From assembly GCA_018697095.1 (NCBI GenBank), contig JABHSG010000003.1, positions 86,895 through 150,894 of the forward strand: DNA of 64,000 nt, read 5' to 3'. The notes under the pieces are model-generated. The model saw nothing but the letters and a program-made list of their open reading frames with translations. It searched no databases and was not told the DNA's origin. This stretch comes from an archaeon. Lineage in GTDB: Archaea; Nanobdellota; Nanobdellia; Woesearchaeales; GW2011-AR9. Below, piece by piece: positions 1-10,014 of this stretch (the stretch's first letter is position 1; the number at the start of each line of letters is the position of its first letter). The position numbers were made by a program, and so were the translations under genes.

Positions 1-1128
1 AAACTCAAAAACCTAGGGTACACTCACGATATAAGAAAAGAACCACTCACAAATACAAATCAGATTTTAGAAATTCTCCCTCAAGACATTGTCTTGCCAC
101 ATTACGAAGAAATTGAAGATGGCGCAGGTTCAGTTTTACTAAGAGTTTCTAAGTTCATTGATGACATCTTAACAAATTTTTACGATCTTCCAGCCCACTA
201 TAATGCAAAAACAAAAGAAGATTTGGTTGGACACCTAGTAATTGGTTTAGCACCCCACATTTCTGCTGGAACAGTTGGCAGAATAATTGGTTATTCTAAT
301 ACTCAAGGACTTCTAACTCACCCAATGTATCACGCAGGAATGAGGCGTGATTGTGATGGAGACGAAGCAGCAATTCTCCTCCTTCTAGATGGTCTAATTA
401 ATTTCTCAAAAAAATATCTCCCCTCTAGTCGTGGTTCCACAATGGACGCCGCACTTGTTCTCACTCCAAACTTAAACCCAGCAGAAGTTGATGATCAAGT
501 ATTAGGAATAGATGTGCAGTGGCGCTACCCATTGGAACTTTACGAAGGCGCACAAGAAATGAAAGCGCCATGGGATATTCGCTGGGGTAAAGACCAAAAG
601 AAAATTGCTCAACTAGACCACAGAATTGGTACAGAGAAACAATACGAAGATTTTGGCTTCACTCATGACGTGGATGATTTTAATGATGGAGTAAAGTGTT
701 CAGCATATAAAACAGTTCCAAGTATGAAAGAAAAACTTTTTGGGCAAATGGAAATCGCAAGAAAACTTCGCGCAGTAGACATGGACCAAGTAGCGCGCCT
801 TGTAATTCAAAAACATTTTCTAGCAGACATAAAAGGAAATTTCCGTAAATTTTCCATGCAAGGGTTTCGTTGTACTAATTGTAATACCAAATACCGTCGC
901 CCACCAGTTTCCGGAAGATGCACGGAATGTAAAAGCCTTAAATCAAAAATAATATTTACCATCTCGCAAGGATCAGTGGTAAAATATCTTGAGATGAGTT
1001 TAGAATTGTGTGATCAATATGATTTTTCACCTTACTTAAAACAAACAATCCATATCTTAAAACAAAATATAGATGTGGTGTTTGGAAAAGTACCAGACAA
1101 ACAAGTTGGGTTAGGCCAATTTATTTGA
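1..1128 (+). CDS. polC: DNA polymerase D large subunit DP2, C-terminal part (5' truncated by window edge)
   Basis: Frame is open from base 1 (KLKNLGYTHD...ILPQDIVLP); catalytic RRDCDGDE, GLAPHISAG and C-terminal CxxC-CxxC zinc finger. Confidence 0.96.
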   Translation, partial: KLKNLGYTHDIRKEPLTNTNQILEILPQDIVLPHYEEIEDGAGSVLLRVSKFIDDILTNFYDLPAHYNAKTKEDLVGHLVIGLAPHISAGTVGRIIGYSNTQGLLTHPMYHAGMRRDCDGDEAAILLLLDGLINFSKKYLPSSRGSTMDAALVLTPNLNPAEVDDQVLGIDVQWRYPLELYEGAQEMKAPWDIRWGKDQKKIAQLDHRIGTEKQYEDFGFTHDVDDFNDGVKCSAYKTVPSMKEKLFGQMEIARKLRAVDMDQVARLVIQKHFLADIKGNFRKFSMQGFRCTNCNTKYRRPPVSGRCTECKSLKSKIIFTISQGSVVKYLEMSLELCDQYDFSPYLKQTIHILKQNIDVVFGKVPDKQVGLGQFI

Positions 1129-1187
1129 AATTAACTCACACATTTAGGACCGCTACATTTTTAAAAGAAAAAACCTTAACTTTTACC

Positions 1188-1424
1188 ATGGTGGAATTTA
1201 TTGGGTGGGTTCTTAGAGGAGAACAATCACATATCAAAGTGTTACGTAACGACACAATAGAACTTCTAAAACAAGATCAAACCCAGCAAGCAAAAGAAAA
1301 TATGAGAGCGCTTCATGACGAAATTTTTGGTGACCATAACAAAAGAAAAGTAATTACAGCAAACAGTATCGCCTCAAGAAACTCATTAAAATCAATAAAC
1401 ATCTTAGAAAATATTAGAATGTAA
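1188..1424 (+). CDS. small hypothetical protein
   Basis: In-frame ATG at 1188 about 25 nt after a TTTTAAAA TATA-like box; the ORF-track start at 1125 is a TTG overlapping the polC stop. Confidence 0.5.
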   Translation: MVEFIGWVLRGEQSHIKVLRNDTIELLKQDQTQQAKENMRALHDEIFGDHNKRKVITANSIASRNSLKSINILENIRM

Positions 1425-1473
1425 AAAACACAAACTATCAACTAACTTAAAAACCAAAAAATATTTTTCTAAA

Positions 1474-1791
1474 TTAATTTAAATCTTGAATGCCACTAAT
1501 GGTTAAAACCCGAGAATTTTCATCAAAATCAAAACAAACTTCTTTCAAATCATTCACAACCAAATCATTTCCCATTAAGTATAAACTTACATTCCGTAAG
1601 TCATGAAGCCTAATTTTTACGCACTCTGAGAACTCTAATGTTTTAAATGGTACTTTCGCCTTTAAATGAGGATTATTATCAGTAAAAAGTCCTACAACGC
1701 AAGTCCAAAGCCCATCTCTATCACGCCCAGGTTTACGACTAACTACAATACTTTTTCCCGCTAATTTGACACTCATACTTACTTTATCCAA
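1474..1791 (-). CDS. hypothetical protein
   Basis: 105 aa ORF overlapping the upstream gene end, operon-like. Confidence 0.6.
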   Translation of the reverse strand: MDKVSMSVKLAGKSIVVSRKPGRDRDGLWTCVVGLFTDNNPHLKAKVPFKTLEFSECVKIRLHDLRNVSLYLMGNDLVVNDLKEVCFDFDENSRVLTISGIQDLN

Positions 1792-2129
1792 TTCCTTCTT
1801 TTAAATCTTTGGACCCAGTTTTGCTCAAAAGCATAAATTGATAATAAAAGTACAAGAAGATACCATAAAAGTACAAAAAAACGCCTACCAAATGAAGACC
1901 CAACTAAAATACCAATTACTGCACCAAAACAAATCAAAATGATTGGCCAAAAAGGTTCATTGTCTCTGTACAAAACATAAATTCCTCCAGAATAAAAAGC
2001 GACAATAGCAACCCCAACGTATCCAGCAAAACTATTTTTTGCAGTCAATGTAATAATTAAAGTGATGACTAAAAAAATCCCTGCCAAAGTTTCTGGCCAA
2101 TATTCATGAAGATCAATACCTTTTCCCAT
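1779..2129 (-). CDS. 4-TM membrane protein
   Basis: Four hydrophobic segments; AGAGGG SD-like sequence upstream. Confidence 0.7.
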   Translation of the reverse strand: MGKGIDLHEYWPETLAGIFLVITLIITLTAKNSFAGYVGVAIVAFYSGGIYVLYRDNEPFWPIILICFGAVIGILVGSSFGRRFFVLLWYLLVLLLSIYAFEQNWVQRFKRRNWIK

Positions 2130-2161
2130 TATTCCCTCTAAATCTCACCATTTAAATAAAT

Positions 2162-2899
2162 CTAATCAGTCCACAAATAAGATATTGCTCCAATTATTAG
2201 CCCTAAAGTTAGCCCCACCAAAAGACCAATTCTGCTTTGAGTAATCAAAAGTGACCCAAAAAATAAAAGAGCTAAAACACCAAGAAAATACATCTGGCGA
2301 TCTCCAAAAAACAGTTGCATCCCATCAAGAGTTGGTAGTGGTAAAAGCGTAACAAAAGCAAACATTAGGTTCATTAGCATTGCCTTTTCAAAAAGAGCTG
2401 ATGAAGGAAATGCATATAACAAGAAAGCGAAGATAGCAGCCAATATCAAATGAATGATAACACTCCACATAATTACCATGGCTACATCCTTAAATGATGT
2501 CCCATACCGAAATTCTCCAACACGTTGCCTGACCATGAATGTGGTAGTAACAGCTCCAAGAGCTAGTAGGGGGATATATCCACGAGTAACAATTGCAAGT
2601 AGTAAACTTGCAGCAACTCCAGCCCAAAGAATTTGGTATTCAACATAGTACCCTCTTCGAAGGCCAACCATTTTTTGCCAGCTAACCCTAATTAAAATGC
2701 TAATTGCCGCGATTACGCTTGACCAGATAAAAAAACTAAACCATCTACTAATTGTAAAAGATTCTCCAGGGAAACGTAAACTAAAAATGAGTCCAGCAAA
2801 CAAAGCTACCAGCACAAATGCAATTTTTTCTGGTTTACTATAAGCTAAAAACTGTTTAATTCTAGCCCGCTGCTCCTGATCAATTCCTCCCATAAACAT
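2162..2899 (-). CDS. M50/site-2 peptidase-like membrane protein, probably inactive
   Basis: Multi-TM; LLPLPTLDG resembles the NxxPxxxxDG motif; no HExxH present. Confidence 0.6.
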   Translation of the reverse strand: MFMGGIDQEQRARIKQFLAYSKPEKIAFVLVALFAGLIFSLRFPGESFTISRWFSFFIWSSVIAAISILIRVSWQKMVGLRRGYYVEYQILWAGVAASLLLAIVTRGYIPLLALGAVTTTFMVRQRVGEFRYGTSFKDVAMVIMWSVIIHLILAAIFAFLLYAFPSSALFEKAMLMNLMFAFVTLLPLPTLDGMQLFFGDRQMYFLGVLALLFFGSLLITQSRIGLLVGLTLGLIIGAISYLWTD

Positions 2900-2975
2900 T
2901 CATAAACGAAAATTGTATTTAATCCTTTCTAATGAAGCAATCCATACTCGACATAAATTAACTATTATGGCCAAA

Positions 2976-4196
2976 CTAAATCAGTTTAACTAAAACGTAA
3001 CTGTGTTCTCCATGTCCGCGCAACAAAGATCCACGTGAAATCTCTTCAAATCGGTCAGACACAGGCAATTCCAGAAGTTGTCTACATATAATGAGTGCCT
3101 TCCCTCCATTTACTAAAACCTCAGAAAGCTGATAATATAATTCATTTAAGTCCCTTTCATCCTTGCGAGTTAATCGGATAATCGCTAAATCAAATTGATC
3201 ATTACCAAGATTAAATGCATATTCATCAAGAGGCATTTTAGAAAAACGAATAGAATCAAAAACATTTGCAACTTTCGAATTACTCTGTGAAGACCTAACA
3301 TTCGGGGAAGACGCACTAACAAAAGTAACTTTTTTATCTTCATTTTTCACAAACTCAATTGACCCATTTTCAACTTCATAAGTTTCAGTATCAAAAGAAT
3401 CAACAAATAAAGGGATTTTCTCTAAAATATCTTTTTGAACTTCTCTTACGTCGGTGCCATTATGCATCAAAGCAGCTTCAATTGCAAACATCCCATCGCG
3501 TCCTTGACAAACTAGTAGCTTTTCACTAGATTTTTTCGCTCCAAGCACTCTTAAAAAAGCAGCAGCAAAATCTCCTTTGTATCCAGCTTTGTGATGAAAA
3601 ACACGATAAGCCCGAGAATCTAAATTTTCAGAATGCAACTTCAAACCAAGTAAATATTTATTCTCATTAGCACTCTTCCCTTCAATTGGGCCAAGAATTT
3701 CTTCGGTACAATAAACAACAAACCGGTACTGTGGATTTTTATAATCAATTTTTGACTCAACACCGCACTTATTTTTTAATGCGTCCCGAATATTTTGTGA
3801 AACTTTTCCACAAATCGCAATTCTATTCTCATTACCACGTACTCCTTCAACAGAAACACTAAGTGTAACTCCTTTTTCATTAGTATCCAAACCTAAAAAG
3901 TCTTTAAACGCAAGTAAGGAGTTAACATCCAACCCGTCAACGGCCTCAGCAGTCCCAAGAAGTAAATGCATGGAAGCTGCCAAGTGCCCTTTACGCAAGT
4001 AATTAACTAAATCATTAACTTGTCCAGAAAAAAAGCAAGCATCACGCATTAAAGAAACATCAGAAAAACAACCACTATTCTCATTAGTAGAGTCAAATTC
4101 ACTCACTTCATCATATAAAAAAGAAGAAATCCCAGGGTTGCTTATTGCAAAAACCCTACGGGCCACAGACAAATCATTATCAGTATTATTCGACAT
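2976..4196 (-). CDS. THUMP domain plus degenerate methyltransferase (Trm14/RlmL-like)
   Basis: THUMP-like region, [11 protein letters not shown] and GMFAIEAA motifs; SAM motif degenerate. Confidence 0.6.
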   Translation of the reverse strand: MSNNTDNDLSVARRVFAISNPGISSFLYDEVSEFDSTNENSGCFSDVSLMRDACFFSGQVNDLVNYLRKGHLAASMHLLLGTAEAVDGLDVNSLLAFKDFLGLDTNEKGVTLSVSVEGVRGNENRIAICGKVSQNIRDALKNKCGVESKIDYKNPQYRFVVYCTEEILGPIEGKSANENKYLLGLKLHSENLDSRAYRVFHHKAGYKGDFAAAFLRVLGAKKSSEKLLVCQGRDGMFAIEAALMHNGTDVREVQKDILEKIPLFVDSFDTETYEVENGSIEFVKNEDKKVTFVSASSPNVRSSQSNSKVANVFDSIRFSKMPLDEYAFNLGNDQFDLAIIRLTRKDERDLNELYYQLSEVLVNGGKALIICRQLLELPVSDRFEEISRGSLLRGHGEHSYVLVKLI

Positions 4197-6939
4197 CTTT
4201 TTGGTCCTCCACTAAAGAACCATCCTCTGTTGAACTCTCATCACTTGCCTTAGTATCACTTTTTTCTTCTAACAAAACAGGCGAAGGAGTTTCAGACACA
4301 TCTCCATCCCCTAGATTCTCGTTTTCCAAATTTTCATCTTCTAAAACAACTTCTCCATCAGAGCCATCTTCATCAGCTTCAATAAGAGCTACAGCCGCAA
4401 CTTCATCACCTTCAACTTTAAATCGCATAACACGAACCCCTTGTGTAGCTCGCCCAATTGTAGGAACTGCAGAGACTTTAACCCGAATAGCAATTCCCTC
4501 GCGACTCATAAGCATCAATCCTTCATCGCCCAAAACAAGCCTAGAACTAACTACTGGCCCATTTTTTTCAGTAACTTTCAAATTAATAACTCCTTTCCCT
4601 CCACGGTTACTGAGCCTATAATCTGAAACTTTACTTTTTTTACCATAACCTCTTTTTGTAATTGTAAGAACTTGCATTTCAGGGTTTGATACTAATACAG
4701 ATACAACCTTATCAGAATCTCGAAGTCTTATCCCTCTAACTCCTCTTGCGGTTCTTCCCATAGAACGAACATTCTCACTCATAAACCTGTTAGCATACCC
4801 TCGCTCAGTAACGAGCAAAATATTGTCTCCGCCATTACATAACCTAACTCCAACAAGTGAATCTCCTTCAAGAAGTTCAATTGCCCGAATACCACCACGT
4901 CTTGGGCGGCTAAACAAACTAAGGTTTGTTTTTTTAACAGTTCCACTAGCGGTTGCAAAAAACAAGCAACTATCTCCAGTTTCAGAATCATCTCCTTCAG
5001 CAGATTCGTTTTCAAAAGAATTAACTGGAATGATTGCACTTACTGTTTCACCTTCGCCAAGTTCAACAATATTTGCAGAGTGTTTACCACGAGATTGTCG
5101 ACTTCCTTCTGGAATACGGTAAGTTTTAACCCAATGTACTCGCCCAAGATTTGTAAAAAGAAGTAGCCATGCATGAGTAGAACAAACAAATACTTCATCT
5201 ACAAAATCTCCGTCCTTCATTCCTTGAGCTACAACTCCTTTCCCACCACGATTTTGCACCCTGTAAGTATCAACTGGTAGCCTTTTTAGGTAGCCAGCAT
5301 TAGTAAGAGTAATAACAACTTGTTCTTCTTCAATCAAATCTTCAATATCCAAGTCATCATCTTCATTGAAAATAATTTTACTACGTCTTGGCCCGCCGTA
5401 TTTTTCTGAAACTTCAACAGTTTCATCGCGAATAATTTTGTAAATTCGTTCTTCAGAAGCAAGAATAGATTTAAGCTCAGTTACAATCTCAACAAGTGCA
5501 TCGTGTTCAGATTTAATTTTCTCTCGTTCAAGAGCAGCAAGTTTTTGCAGTTTCAATTCAAGAATTGCCTTAGCTTGTTCTAAACTCAAACTGTATTCAG
5601 TAATCAAATGGTTCCGAGCATCTTCAACGGATTTACTACTACGAATAGCAGGAATCACATCATCTAAATTAATCAAAGCAATCAAAAGCCCCTCTAAAAT
5701 ATGTAGCCTGCTTTCTGCTTGCCTAAGTTCATATTGAGTCCGACGAACAACAATTTCTTTTCTGTGGGCAATGTAATATACAAGCATATCTTTAAGCCCA
5801 AGCATTCGTGGGGAATTATCAACAAGCGCGAGCATGTTCAAATTAAAAGAAGTTTTCAAATTAGAAAATTTGTATAATTGGTTTAACACTATTTGCGCAT
5901 CAGCATTAGTTTTTAATTTGATCACAACCCTAATTCCATCTCGGTCACTCTCATCATTAATATCTGATATCCCTTCAACACGTTTTTCTTTGACAAGAGA
6001 AGCGATGTGAATAATCAAATCAGACTTATTTACTTGGTAAGGAATTTCAGAAACAATGATTTTTGCACCACGACTACCTTGCCCAGCCTCTTCTATATGC
6101 GCAACTGACTTCATAATCACTCGGCCTTTCCCGCCATTGTAAGCATTAAGCAAACTCCCACCAACATAAACTTCAGCGCCAGTTGGGAAATCAGGCCCAG
6201 GTACAAGTTTCACAAGTTCAGAAAGTTCAACTTCCGGATTATCAAGAATCGCCAGAATAGCATTACAAAGCTCAGTAAGGTTATGAGGGGGTATATTTGT
6301 TGCCATCCCAACAGCAATCCCACTACTCCCATTCATCAAAAGATTTGGAATTCTAGAAGGCAAAACAGTAGGCTCTTTTAGACTTTCATCAAAATTTCCC
6401 CGAAAATCAACAGTATCCTTTTTCAAATCAGCAAGCATTTCTTCAGCTAACTTAGATAGTTTAGCTTCAGTATAACGCATAGCTGCAGCGTTGTCCCCAT
6501 CAATAGACCCAAAATTACCTTGACCTTTAATGAGTGGATAACGAAGGCTAAACCCTTGGACCATCCTAACTAAAGCATCATAAACAGACTGATCACCATG
6601 TGGGTGATATTTCCCAAGAACTTCTCCTACAATACGTGCAGATTTCTTTGACGGTTTATTGTGAAACATCCCTAAGTCATGCATTGCGTACAAAATACGC
6701 CGATGTACCGGTTTAAGGCCATCACGTACATCCGGAAGTGCCCGACCAACAATTACAGCCATAGCATACGTAATATACGCCTTCTTCATCTCGTCTTCAA
6801 CGAGCATAGGCACAATCTTATCGTGAGTTTCCTCAAGAATATTTTCTCCTGGAACAGCACCAGAACTACTATCTAAATCTTGAATTTCAGGGGTTTCGAC
6901 ATCTACCAAACCTTCTTCGGGCTGTTCATTTGAATCCAT
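4186..6939 (-). CDS. gyrA: DNA gyrase subunit A
   Basis: [22 protein letters not shown], catalytic AAMRY, GyrA-box QNRGGKG, pinwheel repeats. Confidence 0.98.
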   Translation of the reverse strand: MDSNEQPEEGLVDVETPEIQDLDSSSGAVPGENILEETHDKIVPMLVEDEMKKAYITYAMAVIVGRALPDVRDGLKPVHRRILYAMHDLGMFHNKPSKKSARIVGEVLGKYHPHGDQSVYDALVRMVQGFSLRYPLIKGQGNFGSIDGDNAAAMRYTEAKLSKLAEEMLADLKKDTVDFRGNFDESLKEPTVLPSRIPNLLMNGSSGIAVGMATNIPPHNLTELCNAILAILDNPEVELSELVKLVPGPDFPTGAEVYVGGSLLNAYNGGKGRVIMKSVAHIEEAGQGSRGAKIIVSEIPYQVNKSDLIIHIASLVKEKRVEGISDINDESDRDGIRVVIKLKTNADAQIVLNQLYKFSNLKTSFNLNMLALVDNSPRMLGLKDMLVYYIAHRKEIVVRRTQYELRQAESRLHILEGLLIALINLDDVIPAIRSSKSVEDARNHLITEYSLSLEQAKAILELKLQKLAALEREKIKSEHDALVEIVTELKSILASEERIYKIIRDETVEVSEKYGGPRRSKIIFNEDDDLDIEDLIEEEQVVITLTNAGYLKRLPVDTYRVQNRGGKGVVAQGMKDGDFVDEVFVCSTHAWLLLFTNLGRVHWVKTYRIPEGSRQSRGKHSANIVELGEGETVSAIIPVNSFENESAEGDDSETGDSCLFFATASGTVKKTNLSLFSRPRRGGIRAIELLEGDSLVGVRLCNGGDNILLVTERGYANRFMSENVRSMGRTARGVRGIRLRDSDKVVSVLVSNPEMQVLTITKRGYGKKSKVSDYRLSNRGGKGVINLKVTEKNGPVVSSRLVLGDEGLMLMSREGIAIRVKVSAVPTIGRATQGVRVMRFKVEGDEVAAVALIEADEDGSDGEVVLEDENLENENLGDGDVSETPSPVLLEEKSDTKASDESSTEDGSLVEDQKDVE

Positions 6940-7118
6940 AAAAACGCTTCAAAAAACCCTCTTAGAATAACTACTCTTTTCCACGAGAAAATAGGCTTAA
7001 AACGCTTTATAAACCTTGTGGTGATACTGGCCACAAATCACTAAAAAAACTTCAAAACAACCAACGCTCTCAAAAAAGCAGCAAAGCCCTTAAATAACTC
7101 AGTAAAACTAAAACAGAC

Positions 7119-7682
7119 GTGGTCATCGAAATCGAAGTAAAAATTCTTGAAATTGATAAAGAGAAAGTAATGCAAACCTTAAGAGACCTTGGCGCAGAAG
7201 AACTTGAAGAAATCTTAATTGAAGAAAGAGCTTTTGACTTTTCAGACAATTCACTAATTAAAAAAAGAGCATTTCTAAGAGTAAGGAAAAAAGCAAACAA
7301 AACATCAATTGACCTTAAAACGTCAAAAAATAAAGAATGGGGAGAAGGGACTTTTCAAGAAGCAGAAGAGATCGAGTTTGATGTAAGCGACTCAGAAAAA
7401 GCTAAGCAATTATTTCTCGCACTTGGCCTAAAACAAATAAAACATCGCCAAAAAAATCGTAAAACATTCAAAATAAATACAAAAGATATTCAATCCATAA
7501 TTGATATAGATACTTTTCCAAATACACCTACTTATATGGAAGTAGAAGGCAGCAAAGAAAATATAATAAAAACATTAAAACTTCTTGGATATTCTTTGGA
7601 AGACACTTGTTCTCTACCAGCATCAAAAATTCTTGAGCATCATGGTAAAAACCCAGACAACATTTTTTTTGAAAAGAAATAA
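7119..7682 (+). CDS. CYTH-domain (class IV adenylate cyclase/triphosphatase-like) protein
   Basis: N-terminal EIEVK (ExExK), LRVR, YMEVEG. Confidence 0.88.
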   Translation: MVIEIEVKILEIDKEKVMQTLRDLGAEELEEILIEERAFDFSDNSLIKKRAFLRVRKKANKTSIDLKTSKNKEWGEGTFQEAEEIEFDVSDSEKAKQLFLALGLKQIKHRQKNRKTFKINTKDIQSIIDIDTFPNTPTYMEVEGSKENIIKTLKLLGYSLEDTCSLPASKILEHHGKNPDNIFFEKK

Positions 7683-7714
7683 ATTTATTCACGACAAAAA
7701 ACAAGATCTACAAA

Positions 7715-8365
7715 TTATTCTAACCCAATATTGTCATCAATTTTTGCACTTTGCATAGCGCGAGATATTTCTCCTCGGTGCGCAGCATCTAGTGAATATT
7801 GTTCACTAAGTCTTTCTGTTTCATCAATTTCCTTATCAAGACTGTCAGCGTCTTCTAACACTTCTTGTGGTACTGTTGCCAAAAAAGCTTCTTTAGCTTC
7901 CTCTGAAGGGAGATCAAAATATTGAAAAAATTTCTTAGTCAATTTAACTTTAAAAGTTCGCCCAAACGGAACTTTCTCAATAAACCCTCGCTCAACGAGC
8001 GCACGCATATGTTCATATGCCCCACTTCCACGTAGCTTAACAATCTCTGATTGTACTATTGGATATTTCCAAGCAATTACTGCCAAGGTTTCCATAAGTG
8101 GCCTTTCAAGTTCAGTCTCTTCAACAAGAGTTGAGACAACAGGAATATATTTGTCGCGCACAGTTAGTTTCCACATCCCGTCATCATAGTCTTCTACCTT
8201 AAGGCTACTATTTTCTAAAGCTACATACTCTTTTTGTAAATTTTTCAGAACTTTATTCACTTCTTTAAGTTCAAGACTAGTCAAAATAGCGATTTTCTCA
8301 GGGCTGATCTTCTTCCCTACAGCAAAAAGTATTGCTTCCACTTGTCGCATCGAATCCATATCCAA
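7715..8365 (-). CDS. scpB: SMC-Scp complex subunit ScpB
   Basis: VEAILFA, LMETLAVIAWKYPIVQSEI, TKKFFQYF motifs. Confidence 0.93.
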   Translation of the reverse strand: MDMDSMRQVEAILFAVGKKISPEKIAILTSLELKEVNKVLKNLQKEYVALENSSLKVEDYDDGMWKLTVRDKYIPVVSTLVEETELERPLMETLAVIAWKYPIVQSEIVKLRGSGAYEHMRALVERGFIEKVPFGRTFKVKLTKKFFQYFDLPSEEAKEAFLATVPQEVLEDADSLDKEIDETERLSEQYSLDAAHRGEISRAMQSAKIDDNIGLE

Positions 8366-8457
8366 AAGACCAAGAATCAGCTATTTAAACCTTCTTAGAA
8401 CTAGAATAACTACTTAAGCGTAGTAACTTTTATAAAAGAAGACCATTTCAACAAATC

Positions 8458-9351
8458 ATGTCAAAATACTCCACGTTTGCCTTGGCCTTAGCAATTGGTT
8501 CAATGGCTTGTGCACCAGAAGGAGACCAATTCACTCCCGAGCAGCTAGAGCAAGCACAAGCTGGTGGCCAAAGAATGATCCCAATGGTGAATTCCTTTAA
8601 AGGCCTAGCTACCCACCTAGAAGGTGATGCTGTTTACGGAACTGTCTTACAAGGTCAAGGAGCATTTGAAAGGTTCACAACTGATCAACTAGAAACTTCA
8701 CAAGAATATCTCACTGATTCTGAAAATAGATTACGAACGCTACCAGACATTTTTTTTGAAGGCGAAGAATATGATAAAGCAGCTTTTTATCAAGGAGGGA
8801 AGACATTTTTTAGAGTAGCTTATGATGACAAACTCAAAGCTGATGATTCAGATCAACATCACGAATTTGGCCATGCAGCAAGGCCCATACTTTCCAAGCA
8901 TAAAGAAAAAATCTTAGAAGAAAGAGCAAAAAATGACAACACTCAGACAGTTTGCGAAGCTTATGGCGAACTTGCAAAAGAAGAGAAAGACCCAGTAGTT
9001 TTGCAAGATTGTTTGGTCCAACCATATATTTTTGCAAATGGGAAAAGCCCTTACACAAATATGTTAAGAACTAATGATTATATTGTTAGGGAAGAAGGTG
9101 AAAAAACCAGCAAAGAAATTTGTGAGATTTTAGAAGGTGATTTTCCTGGGACTTACACTACCTGGAAACAAGACCTCGAAGAAAATCTTCCAGATTCTAC
9201 TTATCCAAAAACACTAACTAACTGGGGGATAACTAGGGAAGTTTACGCAAAAGAATTCCAAAAAAACAAAAAACTATACAAGGTGGAAAGAGAATTTTTC
9301 GACGATATTTTAGGCGACTTAGCAATGAAAAACAAGTGTTCTTGGTACTAA
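8458..9351 (+). CDS. putative lipoprotein with HExxH zincin motif
   Basis: Signal peptide ending SMAC; HHEFGH motif. Confidence 0.55.
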   Translation: MSKYSTFALALAIGSMACAPEGDQFTPEQLEQAQAGGQRMIPMVNSFKGLATHLEGDAVYGTVLQGQGAFERFTTDQLETSQEYLTDSENRLRTLPDIFFEGEEYDKAAFYQGGKTFFRVAYDDKLKADDSDQHHEFGHAARPILSKHKEKILEERAKNDNTQTVCEAYGELAKEEKDPVVLQDCLVQPYIFANGKSPYTNMLRTNDYIVREEGEKTSKEICEILEGDFPGTYTTWKQDLEENLPDSTYPKTLTNWGITREVYAKEFQKNKKLYKVEREFFDDILGDLAMKNKCSWY

Positions 9352-9391
9352 AAAACTAAGGTCCAGAAACTTAAATAAAATAATCACCTCA

Positions 9392-9970
9392 CTATTTTTT
9401 TCCACTAACCCGAACATACAATTCTCCATCCAAATCAACTTTTTTATCATCAATTAATTTGTCAAGGTAATCTCCAAGTTTATCTTCTGCAACTCCAGTA
9501 AAAGAACTAAGCTGAGTTAATGTCAATTTATTTTTACTTAGTAAAACTAAAATGTAATTACGTAAAAGACCAGCCATGTTCCTTGAAGTCAAATCATTTT
9601 TCATCTTCATTTGTTTTGCAACCATATCAACTTGGTGTAATCTTCCTTGAAGATCATTTAGATAATCTGTGAATTCTTTTTGCCCAAGTTCAAGTGTTTG
9701 TGGGCTCACAATATTAACTGATGAAGGCATATAATCAAAACAAAACTCTGTGATCTTCTGAACATCTGAGCAAGATACATCTACTTCACAAAAAGTACTC
9801 CATAAATCAGTATTTTCTTGTTTTTGTGTGGAAGCGACTTGTTTTTCAGACATAATAAAACGTTCATCTTCAGAAACTTTTTTAACAATATTTTCAATCA
9901 TTTCAGAAACGTGTTTTTCTGGTTTTCCAAGTACTTCAATAATAGCGTGAAATTTAATCTCTTTTTCCAT
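9392..9970 (-). CDS. conserved archaeal hypothetical protein with C-terminal wHTH-like region
   Basis: IEVLGKP and FDYMPSSV motifs, coiled coil, LTLTQLSSFTGV helix-turn-helix-like end. Confidence 0.65.
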   Translation of the reverse strand: MEKEIKFHAIIEVLGKPEKHVSEMIENIVKKVSEDERFIMSEKQVASTQKQENTDLWSTFCEVDVSCSDVQKITEFCFDYMPSSVNIVSPQTLELGQKEFTDYLNDLQGRLHQVDMVAKQMKMKNDLTSRNMAGLLRNYILVLLSKNKLTLTQLSSFTGVAEDKLGDYLDKLIDDKKVDLDGELYVRVSGKK

Positions 9971-10014
9971 CTTAAATCTCAGCTTTCTACTCTTTTAAGC
10001 TTTTTGGCTAACAA

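Noticed and set aside
4145..5122. Ser/Pro-rich + strand ORFs opposite gyrA, and similar antisense ORFs throughout
   Set aside because: Shadow ORFs of well-supported genes on the opposite strand
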